Origin: Sulfuricurvum sp.
GTDB taxonomy: Bacteria > Campylobacterota > Campylobacteria > Campylobacterales > Sulfurimonadaceae
Assembly (NCBI GenBank): GCA_050178755.1
Contig: JBFXFU010000014.1
Location: 661-64,660, forward strand
Length of the DNA stretch: 64,000 nucleotides
Direction of reading: 5' to 3'
Made by a program: the position numbers and the translations under genes. Below the pieces are notes generated by a model. The model searched no databases. It was not told the DNA's origin and worked only from the letters and a program-made list of their open reading frames with translations. This document shows, in pieces, positions 28,571 through 38,555 of the stretch. The stretch's first letter is position 1. Every line of letters starts with the position of its first letter.

Positions 28571-30568
28571 ATGAAAAATCTCTCAATCAAAATCAAATTT
28601 TTATTCCTCTCGTCCATGGTCGTGCTTATGACCCTCATCATGGGTATCACTGCCGAAATCAAATCCGAAGCCATTTTATCCGACTACGACAAAAGCGCTT
28701 CCATCGCCAAAAATCATGAAAAACTGCTCAACATCGTCGCCGAGTCGCTTCAGATCGGTCAGGCGCTTCGGAACATTTATATCGATTCCGACGATGCAAC
28801 CGCTATCGGCAATCTCGGAAACGCCATCGAGCATCTTCAGACCCTCATGGATGAGTTGCAAAAAGCGGATCTGCCGATCTACCAATCTTTGCAAAAAGAT
28901 TACGGCACATTTTTGGAAAACACCCAAAATCTCTACAAACAGTCTTTATCCGGGCATCCCCTTGAGCGTCAGCAGCTACTTGGCAATACCGAGACATGGC
29001 GTTCGTTCAAAAAACTGCTTTTGCAGAATACCTCCGAACAGACTTTGGCAGCACACCAAAGCGAAGAAGCGTTCCTGGCTTTAATCCAAAGCACAAAAAG
29101 TCAAATGATTTTCATCCAGATTCTTGCCCTTGCAATCATCATGATAATTTTTTATCTGGTCAACCACCAAATTATCCGTTCGGTCAAAATGACGCGGGAC
29201 GGATTGATCCACTTTTTCGACTACCTCAACGGTAAAACGAAAAGCGCCGAACCGATTGCACTCGACGGTGAAGATGAACTGGCACAAATGGCCAAAACCA
29301 TCGATGTCAACATTAAAGAAATTCAAAACGGCCTCGTCAAAGATGAGATCATGATCCAAAATACCCTCAACGTCGCCCAAAGGATCAAAGAGGGGTATCT
29401 GGATGACAAACTGACGGCCACCCCGAGCAATCCTCAACTGCTTGAATTGCAAATAGCCTTCAACGACATGCTCGAATCTCTGAGCAAAGACATCAATGCC
29501 GTCTTGCATACGATCCGAAGCTACACGCAAAACGATTTCACCGGCCGAATCGAAGACCGTGGATTGAAAGGGGAGATGGAGTTTCTTCTTGCCGGAGTCA
29601 ATTCCCTCGGAGAAGCGATGGACAAAACCCTCGCGCAAAATTTTGAAAACGGTTTGAATCTCAAACATCAGGCGATGATTCTTAAAAATTTTGTTGCCCA
29701 GCTCTCCCATGCCAGTAACGAACAAGCCGCAAGTCTGGAAGAGACCAGCGCCGCACTCGAAGAGATCACCAGTAACATCGGCTCCAACACCGAAAAAGCG
29801 GCCACAATGGCCATCCGCGCCAACGAAGCCCGAAATGCGACCCAGGAGGGTGAACAACTCGCCACCCAAACCGTCCGTTCAATGGAGGAGATCGTCGAGT
29901 CGACAAACTCCATCAACGAAGCCGTCGCCATCATCGAAAATATTGCGTTTCAAACCAATATTCTTTCTCTCAACGCCGCCGTTGAAGCGGCAACGGCCGG
30001 TGAAGCCGGAAAAGGGTTTGCCGTCGTCGCCCAGGAGGTACGTTCTCTTGCCAATAAAAGCGCCGAAGCGGCCAAAACGATCAAACAACTGACGCATGAA
30101 GCCAAAAACAAAGCGCATAATGGTTCGGAAATTTCCGGAAAAATGATTGAAGGGTTCCGTAAAATCGCCCACAGAATCAATGAAACCACCGATTTGGTCA
30201 ACGATGTTGCCTATGCCAATAAAGAACAGATGCACGGCATCGAACAGATCAACGACGCCATCGTCCAGCTCGACCAGATGACTCAGGAAAATGCCGATAT
30301 GTCCAACGATACGGACGCCATTTCCGCACAAGTGAGCGCACTGGCGCAAAGCCTCAGCGATGACGCCATGCAAAAAAGATTTACCAATAAAGAGACGATC
30401 CACCGAAGCTATCAGCAACGCGAAAATGAGACCTCTTTTCATGCAACCAAACGCGCGCAGCCTCACAAATTGTTGCTCCACCGTCCGGTTACTCAAAAAT
30501 CTCTCAAAAATCCGCAATCCTCTCTGCCCAAACGGATTGACGCACACGAAGAGTGGGAATCTTTCTGA
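28571..30568 (+). CDS. Methyl-accepting chemotaxis protein with C-terminal pentapeptide EWESF
   Basis: Two TM helices around a helical periplasmic domain, HAMP region, IAFQTNILSLNAAVEAA..GEAGKGFAVVA signalling tip. Confidence 0.96.
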   Translation: MKNLSIKIKFLFLSSMVVLMTLIMGITAEIKSEAILSDYDKSASIAKNHEKLLNIVAESLQIGQALRNIYIDSDDATAIGNLGNAIEHLQTLMDELQKADLPIYQSLQKDYGTFLENTQNLYKQSLSGHPLERQQLLGNTETWRSFKKLLLQNTSEQTLAAHQSEEAFLALIQSTKSQMIFIQILALAIIMIIFYLVNHQIIRSVKMTRDGLIHFFDYLNGKTKSAEPIALDGEDELAQMAKTIDVNIKEIQNGLVKDEIMIQNTLNVAQRIKEGYLDDKLTATPSNPQLLELQIAFNDMLESLSKDINAVLHTIRSYTQNDFTGRIEDRGLKGEMEFLLAGVNSLGEAMDKTLAQNFENGLNLKHQAMILKNFVAQLSHASNEQAASLEETSAALEEITSNIGSNTEKAATMAIRANEARNATQEGEQLATQTVRSMEEIVESTNSINEAVAIIENIAFQTNILSLNAAVEAATAGEAGKGFAVVAQEVRSLANKSAEAAKTIKQLTHEAKNKAHNGSEISGKMIEGFRKIAHRINETTDLVNDVAYANKEQMHGIEQINDAIVQLDQMTQENADMSNDTDAISAQVSALAQSLSDDAMQKRFTNKETIHRSYQQRENETSFHATKRAQPHKLLLHRPVTQKSLKNPQSSLPKRIDAHEEWESF

Positions 30569-30945
30569 TGGCGGCATCTATCCTTGTGGTCGATGATTCC
30601 AGAATGATGCGGGATATGGTCATTTTCGCGCTGAACGAAGCCGGTTACAGTGATATCGACCAAGCGGAGGACGGTGTGGAGGCATTACAAAAAATTGCCC
30701 AATCCGAACCGTACAGAATGATCATTACGGATATCAACATGCCAAATATGGATGGTCTGGAACTGTGCTCACTCCTCAGAAAGCGCAGCGGATACGAAAA
30801 AACGCCCGTCATCATCCTGACAACCGAATCAAGTCAGGAAATGCGAACCAAAGGAAAAGAAGCCGGCGCCTCGGCGTGGCTCGTCAAACCCTTTGTTCCC
30901 AATGACCTGTTGTACGTTGTCAATACTCTTTTTCCCGGGCGCTAG
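30568..30945 (+). CDS. cheY: Chemotaxis response regulator CheY
   Basis: Stand-alone receiver: VVDDS, ITDINMPNMDG, LTT, WLVKPF. Confidence 0.93.
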   Translation: MAASILVVDDSRMMRDMVIFALNEAGYSDIDQAEDGVEALQKIAQSEPYRMIITDINMPNMDGLELCSLLRKRSGYEKTPVIILTTESSQEMRTKGKEAGASAWLVKPFVPNDLLYVVNTLFPGR

Positions 30946-30949
30946 TTGA

Positions 30950-32722
30950 ATGTTTGCTTCTTTTAATATGAACCGTTTTATCGATTTGTTTATTGATGAA
31001 GCCAAAGAGATTCTTGAAAGCATCGAAAAACTTCTACTGGAAATCGAACAGAACGGTACCGGCACTACCGAACAAATCAACGATTTATTCCGCTATCTCC
31101 ATACCCTTAAAGGGAACTCATCATCGATCGGATTTCAATACTTCTCAAAATTAGCCCACCAACTTGAAAATTTTCTCGATTCAATACGTCAAAACCGTTT
31201 TTCTCTCTCCTCTCAAGCCATTGGCGTTTTAATCGAAGGGTACGAACTTCTCAACACCGTTTTAACCTACGAAATCGACAAAACGGCCGATGAAACCCTG
31301 TTTCGTAATTTTTGTACCCCCTTTATCGCCAATCTGGAAACTTTAGGCAAAACGCTGGAATCGGAACGAAATAATCCGGAACCGCCGCCCCCAGATTCCA
31401 AAGCTGCAGAAAACGAACGTTTTGGATTTTTCATCGATCCTCAGGAGGATTCCGATTCGGCACCGCCGGTCATTGCCAAGGAAGCGACAACGCCCAATAC
31501 GCATCTCATCAAAGATACGCATGCGATCGCCGCGGCCTCCATTCGCGTCAATCTCGAAAAAATCGACAGCTTGATGAACGGGATCGGTGAATTGGTGATC
31601 GCAATGTCCATGCTCGAAGAGTATGCCGAAGTGATCAGCGACTCAAAGCTTAAAAACGGTTTCAGCGAACGGATCGGCTTCCTGCGGCAAACCGTCCGTG
31701 ACCTCCAAGACTCGGTTATGAGCACACGGATGGTTCCGATGGAACAGGTGTACGCCAAATTTCCGAAAACGGTCCGCGACCTGGCCAAAAATCTGAATAA
31801 AGAGATTTATTTCAAAACGACCGGCAACGACGTCGAAATCGATAAAGCAATGATCGAAGGGCTTACGGATCCTCTGATGCATATCATACGCAATGCCTGC
31901 GACCACGGTATTGAATCGCCCCATGAACGTTTAAAAGCCGGAAAAGGGACCGAAGGGACGATCGCGATCGAAGCGACTCAGGCCAATGAACAGATTTTTA
32001 TCCATATCCGTGATGACGGGAAAGGGATCGATCCCGAGAAAATCGTTCAAAAAGCCATTCAAGTCGGTTTAATCACCGAAGAGAGAGGGCGATTACTTTC
32101 GGATAAAGAAAAAATCAGTCTGATTTTTGAACCGGGCTTCACTACGGCTCAAACCATTACGGATATTTCCGGACGCGGCGTAGGGATGGACGTCGTCCGC
32201 TCCAACATCAATCAACTCGGCGGTACGATACACATCGAAAGCGTCCCCGGAGAAGGAAGCACCTTTAGCCTCATGCTCCCCTTGACGCTCGCCATTGTCG
32301 ATGTACTGACGGTTTCCATCGGATCGTCCCATTTTTTCCTCCCCCTTTCGGTCATTGTAGAATCGCTTCAGCCCGATACGGCAATGATCCAATCGATGGG
32401 AAATCACCGGAACGAAGCCCTGATTCTGCGCGAAGAGATCATTCCGGTCATACGATTGCACGAACTCTTTTCCATCCCCTCACCCATCACCGATTTAACC
32501 GATGGGATTTTAATCATTACCCGTTACGGTACGGCTAAAGTGGCACTATTCGTCGACATGTTTGCCAATCAGCAGCAAGTTGTTATCAAGGCAATCGACA
32601 AGCATTTCAAATCGATCGACGGATTCAGCGGAGCTTCGATCCGGGGAGACGGCAGCATCGGACTGATCCTGGATGCCGGAGCCATAGTCAAAATGCATCA
32701 GCGTATCAAAGGGGCTTCTTAA
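30950..32722 (+). CDS. cheA: Chemotaxis histidine kinase CheA (no fused receiver, short P2 region)
   Basis: Hpt HTLKG, dimerisation IRVNLEKID, HIIRNACDHGIE, DDGKGI, SGRGVGMDVV, CheW-like P5. Confidence 0.97.
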   Translation: MFASFNMNRFIDLFIDEAKEILESIEKLLLEIEQNGTGTTEQINDLFRYLHTLKGNSSSIGFQYFSKLAHQLENFLDSIRQNRFSLSSQAIGVLIEGYELLNTVLTYEIDKTADETLFRNFCTPFIANLETLGKTLESERNNPEPPPPDSKAAENERFGFFIDPQEDSDSAPPVIAKEATTPNTHLIKDTHAIAAASIRVNLEKIDSLMNGIGELVIAMSMLEEYAEVISDSKLKNGFSERIGFLRQTVRDLQDSVMSTRMVPMEQVYAKFPKTVRDLAKNLNKEIYFKTTGNDVEIDKAMIEGLTDPLMHIIRNACDHGIESPHERLKAGKGTEGTIAIEATQANEQIFIHIRDDGKGIDPEKIVQKAIQVGLITEERGRLLSDKEKISLIFEPGFTTAQTITDISGRGVGMDVVRSNINQLGGTIHIESVPGEGSTFSLMLPLTLAIVDVLTVSIGSSHFFLPLSVIVESLQPDTAMIQSMGNHRNEALILREEIIPVIRLHELFSIPSPITDLTDGILIITRYGTAKVALFVDMFANQQQVVIKAIDKHFKSIDGFSGASIRGDGSIGLILDAGAIVKMHQRIKGAS

Positions 32723-33183
32723 TGTCGGTTCAAATGATGATATTTACCGTCGGCGATCAACGGTATGCCGTAGAACTTTCCTTTATCCGTGAGATCATCA
32801 CCTACCGCAGTATTACTCGGATGCCCGATTCTCCTCCATGGGTCATCGGCATCGTCGAAACACGGTTGCAGGCGATGCCGATCATCGACCTGCGTATCCG
32901 GTTTCAAACCGATTTGACTCCCGTATACCATGATAAAACCGTCATCATCGCCACCAAACTCACCGACGGAAAACTTCTCGGCCTTGTCGTCGACTCGGTT
33001 GAAGACATCGGTTCGTTTTCCGATCAGGAAATCATTTCCGGAGAAAAAATCGAAACCCGGATCAAAAGTTCCGTTGTCAAAGGTTATATCGAACAGCCTG
33101 CGAACTCCATTCTTATTCTGGATCATCTGTGCTTTGCCGAATTCAATGCCATTCCTTCTCTTGTGGAGAATGCCCATGAATGA
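32722..33183 (+). CDS. cheW: CheW coupling protein
   Basis: YAVELSFIREII, GIVETRLQAMPIIDLR, GLVVDSV. Confidence 0.9.
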   Translation: MSVQMMIFTVGDQRYAVELSFIREIITYRSITRMPDSPPWVIGIVETRLQAMPIIDLRIRFQTDLTPVYHDKTVIIATKLTDGKLLGLVVDSVEDIGSFSDQEIISGEKIETRIKSSVVKGYIEQPANSILILDHLCFAEFNAIPSLVENAHE

Positions 33184-33616
33184 ACTCATCGTCTTTCGCT
33201 TATCGGGAGAATATTACGGAATCGAAGTAACCCGGGTACGTGAAATCAAAACGTACGAAACTCCTACGCATCTTCCCGGGACCAAACCGTTTGTACTGGG
33301 GGTCATCAATATACGGGGAGAAATCGTCCCGGTGATCGACCTCACACTCCGGTTTGACGATCAGGCCGTTCGGCGCTACTGCGAAACGACTTTGATTGTA
33401 ACGACCAAAACCTCCGATAACCGCATGGTCGCGGTGGTTGTCGACGCCATCGAAACCCTTGCCTATTTTTCACCTAACGACATTATCGGGCTCGGGGAAG
33501 AGATGTTTATGATCAATCATCAATTCCTTGCCGGATTGGTTGATATCGAACACCATTACGTTTCGATTATTAATGTCGATACTTTATTTTCCCAAGAAGA
33601 GATCAACCATTACTGA
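33176..33616 (+). CDS. cheW: Second CheW coupling protein
   Basis: YGIEVTRVREI, GVINIRGEIVPVIDL, VVVDAI; start MNELIVF. Confidence 0.92.
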   Translation: MNELIVFRLSGEYYGIEVTRVREIKTYETPTHLPGTKPFVLGVINIRGEIVPVIDLTLRFDDQAVRRYCETTLIVTTKTSDNRMVAVVVDAIETLAYFSPNDIIGLGEEMFMINHQFLAGLVDIEHHYVSIINVDTLFSQEEINHY

Positions 33617-33637
33617 TATTGAAAGAAGGAGGTATCC

Positions 33638-34897
33638 ATGACCAAAAAAATTCTATTGATCGAAGACAGCATCGCCATGCTGACCTACGAACTGGAAGCA
33701 TTGCAGATGCGGTTTAATTTTCCCGTTGTGACGGCAAAATCCCTGGCCGAAGCCAAACAGGCCATCGATGCCTATCAAGGGGATTTTTTTGTCGCCCTCG
33801 CCGATCTTGTTCTTCCGGACGCACAGCAAGGCGAAGTCATCGATCTTTTAATCAACGAACGGATCCCGACCATTGTTTTTACCGGACAATACAACGAAGA
33901 GCTCCGGGAATTCATTATGAGCAAACCGATCGTCGATTACATTCTCAAAAACAACCTCAACAATTTCCAATATGCGTTGCGGTTGATTGCCGGTTTATAC
34001 GAGAACCAGTTTATCCGCGCCATGGTCGTCGACGATTCCGAATTTGCCCGGACCAAACTCGAATTCAGTCTTAAACGTCTTCAACTCGACGTTGTTCACG
34101 CGGAAAATGCCGATCAAGCGATGGAACTGCTCAACGTGAATGAAGATATCCGGCTGGTTTTGGTCGATTATCATATGGGAGGGAAAAACGGTATCGACCT
34201 TACCGCGAACATCCGGCAAAAATACGGTATCGAATCGATGACGATCATCGGATATTCCGGTGATGACAAACAATCGCTCCCGGTCGAATTTTTAAAAAAA
34301 GGGGCCAACGACTATATCCCTTACAAATACAGCGAAGAGGAGTTTACGTTACGTATCCTGAGCAATATGGAGCTTATGGCCCATCTGCGGCTCGCACGCG
34401 AAATGGCCATAAAAGATTTCCTGACCGGCCTCTACAACCGACATTATCTTTTCGAAAGTGCCAAGCAAATTTTTCCGCAAATCGCCCGAAAAACCCTATC
34501 TTTGGGAGTGGCGATGCTTGATATCGACTTTTTCAAAAAAATCAACGATGAATACGGTCATGATGTCGGAGACAGGGTTCTCAAACATATTGCGTCGATT
34601 CTCGGAGACAACCTCCGCAAAAGTGATCTCCTAACCCGTTTCGGCGGAGAAGAGTTTTGCATTCTCGTTCTTCAGGTCGACGATTCCAAAATGGTGCAGA
34701 TCATGGAGTTGCTCCGGCAGAAAGTGGAACAATCACTCTTGCACATCGAACAGGAAAACAGATGCTTTTCGATTTCAGCAACCCTCTCCTGCGGATTTAC
34801 GACCAAACCGTTCCCCTCGATCGATGAAGCGATCAAAGAAGCCGACCGCTATCTTTACGAGGCGAAAAACGGAGGGAGAAACCGGGTCTGCTACTAA
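33638..34897 (+). CDS. PleD-like REC-REC-GGDEF diguanylate cyclase
   Basis: Two receiver domains (ADLVLPD; VDYHMG), DFLTGLYNR, DIDFFKKINDEYGH, I-site RKSD, RFGGEEF. Confidence 0.93.
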   Translation: MTKKILLIEDSIAMLTYELEALQMRFNFPVVTAKSLAEAKQAIDAYQGDFFVALADLVLPDAQQGEVIDLLINERIPTIVFTGQYNEELREFIMSKPIVDYILKNNLNNFQYALRLIAGLYENQFIRAMVVDDSEFARTKLEFSLKRLQLDVVHAENADQAMELLNVNEDIRLVLVDYHMGGKNGIDLTANIRQKYGIESMTIIGYSGDDKQSLPVEFLKKGANDYIPYKYSEEEFTLRILSNMELMAHLRLAREMAIKDFLTGLYNRHYLFESAKQIFPQIARKTLSLGVAMLDIDFFKKINDEYGHDVGDRVLKHIASILGDNLRKSDLLTRFGGEEFCILVLQVDDSKMVQIMELLRQKVEQSLLHIEQENRCFSISATLSCGFTTKPFPSIDEAIKEADRYLYEAKNGGRNRVCY

Positions 34898-34994
34898 CCG
34901 GTCTGGTACAAATCGTAGATTGTCGAGCGGAAAAAGAGCCTTTTCCCAAAAGAGACAAGAAAGAGGAGAAGGATCAGAGAGGTATTTTTCCGGT

Positions 34995-35023
34995 CGCTTT
35001 TCGGGTCTTTCTCCCGAAAAGCG
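34995..35023. terminator. Bidirectional terminator between the che operon and argJ
   Basis: Perfect 11-bp stem cgcttttcggg-tctttct-cccgaaaagcg between convergent genes. Confidence 0.7.
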
Positions 35024-35043
35024 GGGAATTTCCGTTTCAAAAA

Positions 35044-36231
35044 TCAGGTCCGGTAATCGGCATTGATTTTCACATATTCGTGCCCAAGATCGCATCCGTA
35101 CGCGGTAAATTCTCCACTCTGAAGACCGATATCACAATGGATCGTAAAGGCGCTTTTTTGCATTACGGCCGCAGCAATCGGCTCGATTTGGTCGTTAAAG
35201 AGAAGCTCACCTTTTTTGTAGACGCAAACGTCATCAAACCAGATACTCAAAAAAGCCTCGTCACACATCACTCCGCTGGCTCCTACCGTTGAGGCGATAC
35301 GTCCCCAGTTCGGATCCTGCCCGAACAGCGCCGTTTTGACCAATAACGAATTGGAAAGAGCTTTGGCGGCAACTTCGGCCTCTTTGTCGTTTACGGCACC
35401 CGTCACTTTATAGGTCACCAGCTTGGTCGCCCCTTCGCCGTCCCGTACCATTTCCTTGGCCAAAAACAGCATGATCGATTCAAGCGCCTCTTTAAACGCC
35501 TCTTTGTGAAACGTTCCCGAACGACCGTTTGCCATAACCAATACCGTATCGTTGGTCGAGGTATCCCCATCCACGCTGGCGGCATTGAAGGTGGTATGGG
35601 TACACTCATCCAGAATTTCCTGCATGGTCAAACGGTCCACTGCGGCATCGGTTGTGATAAAACACAACATGGTTGCCATCGCCGGATTGATCATCCCCGC
35701 ACCTTTGGCCATCGCCCCGATACGGAACCGTTTTCCATCCTCAAGTTCTACTTCAAACGCAATCCGTTTGGCAAACGTATCGGTTGTCATAATCGCTTCG
35801 GATGCGCTTACCCCATCACGGTGCGAAAGATCGAATTGCATCGCCCCCTCAATGATTTTGGCTTTGGGAAGACGTACGCCGATTACCCCCGTTGAACTCA
35901 TCACCGGATGCTGGACCTGAGGAAACTTCTCCTGCAGGGCATTGAGGACTTCATCGATATCGTCTATCCCGGCTTGCCCGGTCATGGCGTTGGCATTTTT
36001 TGAGTTGACCAACACAAAATTCCCTTTGAAATCCCCTTTAGCACGAAAATGACGGATCGGAGCCGCCGTCATTTTATTGGTCGTAAAGACCGATGCGATT
36101 GCGCAGAGTGTATCGGAATAGACGAATGCAAGATCTTTTGCCCCCTCTTTTTTCAACCCGATATGAATTCCGTCGGCATAAAATCCTTCCGCCGCACAAA
36201 CTCCCCCTTCTACTGGATGCAACTTATACAT
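35044..36231 (-). CDS. argJ: Ornithine acetyltransferase / N-acetylglutamate synthase
   Basis: NSKNANAMTG, SSTGVIG, AKGAGMINP, DGDTSTND, RDGEGATK, DPNWGRI. Confidence 0.97.
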   Translation of the reverse strand: MYKLHPVEGGVCAAEGFYADGIHIGLKKEGAKDLAFVYSDTLCAIASVFTTNKMTAAPIRHFRAKGDFKGNFVLVNSKNANAMTGQAGIDDIDEVLNALQEKFPQVQHPVMSSTGVIGVRLPKAKIIEGAMQFDLSHRDGVSASEAIMTTDTFAKRIAFEVELEDGKRFRIGAMAKGAGMINPAMATMLCFITTDAAVDRLTMQEILDECTHTTFNAASVDGDTSTNDTVLVMANGRSGTFHKEAFKEALESIMLFLAKEMVRDGEGATKLVTYKVTGAVNDKEAEVAAKALSNSLLVKTALFGQDPNWGRIASTVGASGVMCDEAFLSIWFDDVCVYKKGELLFNDQIEPIAAAVMQKSAFTIHCDIGLQSGEFTAYGCDLGHEYVKINADYRT

Positions 36232-37360
36232 ATTTCAATTCCTCCGGTTTTTCATGTTTTTTTACCAATCCTTTGGTGTACAAAATCCCTTTTTGCGTTC
36301 CGATAACCAAGAGTTTGCATTCGCTCATTACAAGTACGTCTCCTTTGGGCATAGGTTGAAATTTTCCGTCTTTCTTAGTGATTCCAATCACCGAAACGTT
36401 GGCGATATCCCGCAAATGGGTCTCTTTGAGTTTTTTGAAAACCATCCAGCTCGTTTTAGGGACAAATACCTCTTCCATATCCAGAGGCGTATCGCTTTTA
36501 TACAAAAACTGCTCGAGCAAATTTTCCATATCGGGGCGTGCCGCCATGGCGCTAACCCGCTGGGCGGTAAGCTTGGTCGGCGATACGACCGTATCGGCTC
36601 CCAGTTTTTTGAGTTTGCCGATATCCTCAACATCTTCCGTCGCACTGATAATGTAATAGGGCATCGGGATCAAATGCTCTTTTTCAAACAATCGAACCGT
36701 TGCAATCAGCGCAATATTGTCGGCAATCGAATCGGAGAGGGTAATGACCCCTTTAGCGGAACTGATATGCGCTTTTAACATCGCCTCTTCACTGTGGGGC
36801 TGTGCACGGATAAAATAAGGATATTTATACTGCAACGCGATTGTTTCGATGTCTTCGCGCGGATCAATAACGACAAACGGTATATGATTTGCCCGCAATT
36901 GCTTCGTTACCTGTATGGCATACTCGTTATGATAACAAATAACGAAATGTTTTTTGAGACGCGCTATACGATACAACATTTTACGCTCCTTCAGGATTCG
37001 TTTGAGTTCCCCTTTATTGATAACATCAATGATAACCCCGAGTGCAAAGATAAATACCGCGTATCCAAAAATGATCAGGGTGATCGTGAACAACTTTCCC
37101 ATGGGGGAAAACTCCCCCTCCCCCAACGAACCGAATCCTACGGTCGTTATCGTATATCCGGTCTGAAAAATCGCATTGATCAGCGAATGATCTTCAATTT
37201 GCATATAACCGATGGTTCCGAAAAGCATACACAGCTGAATAAGGATAAGGGGAGTTCTAAAGGGGAGAAGCTGAGCGTATAACTCAGCATTCAGGGTGAT
37301 ATCAGGCTTGGGAGAAGGCTCCCAGTTGAGCGTTTTCTGAATTTTTTGCAGAAGATTCAA
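36224..37360 (-). CDS. Potassium channel with TrkA-N/TrkA-C (RCK) domains
   Basis: Pore signature TITTVGFG followed by RCK domains. Confidence 0.9.
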   Translation of the reverse strand: MNLLQKIQKTLNWEPSPKPDITLNAELYAQLLPFRTPLILIQLCMLFGTIGYMQIEDHSLINAIFQTGYTITTVGFGSLGEGEFSPMGKLFTITLIIFGYAVFIFALGVIIDVINKGELKRILKERKMLYRIARLKKHFVICYHNEYAIQVTKQLRANHIPFVVIDPREDIETIALQYKYPYFIRAQPHSEEAMLKAHISSAKGVITLSDSIADNIALIATVRLFEKEHLIPMPYYIISATEDVEDIGKLKKLGADTVVSPTKLTAQRVSAMAARPDMENLLEQFLYKSDTPLDMEEVFVPKTSWMVFKKLKETHLRDIANVSVIGITKKDGKFQPMPKGDVLVMSECKLLVIGTQKGILYTKGLVKKHEKPEELKYV

Positions 37361-37381
37361 CGTGAACCCTTTTACGGGACG

Positions 37382-37570
37382 TTACGAATCTTTTTTCAGA
37401 GTACGAAGCTCAGAAGCAGCAATTTTAAGTTTTTTCGTTGTACCGTCTTCCAACGTAACACGGACGGTACGTAGGTTCGGTAAAAAACGGCGCTTTGTTC
37501 TGTTTTTCGCGTGGGAAACGTTGTTCCCGCTCATTGGGCCTTTACCACTAATAGCACATTTTCTTGCCAT
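37382..37570 (-). CDS. rpmB: 50S ribosomal protein L28
   Basis: [33 protein letters not shown]. Confidence 0.98.
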   Translation of the reverse strand: MARKCAISGKGPMSGNNVSHAKNRTKRRFLPNLRTVRVTLEDGTTKKLKIAASELRTLKKDS

Positions 37571-37745
37571 TTCGAGGCTCCTTGCGTAAATTTTGGTTGC
37601 GAATTCTACCAAAAAAAAACCTAAGCATTCCTTAAAATTAAAAACTCAGCCGCCCGTGTAATCGATTCGTCCCCCCCCATAAAGTTATTTTCAACGTTGA
37701 AAGACTACAATAAGGGACTAATCCGCAAAGGTACGGTCTACATTC

Positions 37746-38555
37746 GTGGTTACACCAGAAGATATTTCCCGCTACATAGAACAAGTTCCTACAGCTCCGC
37801 TGGTTATCAAAGATGTTTTGAACAGCGTCCAAGAGGGAGAGCTGACCAAAGCTGCCAAACGAGCGGAAGAAGATCCCGCATTAAAACACTATTTGCGTAC
37901 GCTGGTCAACCGTCCTATTTACGGTTTTCGCAATGAAGTTCACGATCTCTCCCAAATCTTCGGTATTCTCGGGACATCGACGGCTCAGCAAATTCTTTAT
38001 AATTATCTGATGACCCTTCTATTGCCTAAAAAATGGGGGCTTTTCGATCTGAACAATCAAGCTTTTTTCGATCTACAGGCCTCGCTTGGACGCAAATGGG
38101 AAGCTATTCTCAAACATATCGGTCTGCACAATCGCGATATCGAAAGCGCCATTACTCTTCTTCCGGCCAGCATTGTCGTCTGTGACGCTCTCTTTGCCGA
38201 ACACAAACAGGAAGTGACACAGTTGCGGAGTGTCAAATCTCTTGACTACAATACCATCTTGCTCCGCTTGAACAAAGAAAGCCTCTTTGACCTGTGCGTC
38301 GTCATTGCCCAAAAATGGGAAATGCCCAAACCCGTACTGAGCATTGTCCATGCCGCGTCCGGAACGGATAAAGAGATCGAGGGAAAACGTAAAATTCTGG
38401 CCCAATGGATGCATTTGCTCCTTTTTTACGAGCTTTCGCAGCCCGTTTACGTCGAGGCCGGGCTCAATGAATTCATCGATTTTCAAATCGATTTCGTCCA
38501 GGATATATATGAAACATTCATGGAAGTGGTAGGCAACGATGCGGGCAACAGTTAA
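37746..38555 (+). CDS. HDOD-domain protein
   Basis: DPALKHYLRTLVNRPIYGFRNEVHDLSQIFGILG is the HDOD N-terminal pattern. Confidence 0.85.
   Translation: MVTPEDISRYIEQVPTAPLVIKDVLNSVQEGELTKAAKRAEEDPALKHYLRTLVNRPIYGFRNEVHDLSQIFGILGTSTAQQILYNYLMTLLLPKKWGLFDLNNQAFFDLQASLGRKWEAILKHIGLHNRDIESAITLLPASIVVCDALFAEHKQEVTQLRSVKSLDYNTILLRLNKESLFDLCVVIAQKWEMPKPVLSIVHAASGTDKEIEGKRKILAQWMHLLLFYELSQPVYVEAGLNEFIDFQIDFVQDIYETFMEVVGNDAGNS

Noticed and set aside
34925-34985. Purine-rich low-complexity run after the che operon
   Set aside because: No repeat unit or credible ORF; it reads as ordinary intergenic sequence next to a terminator.
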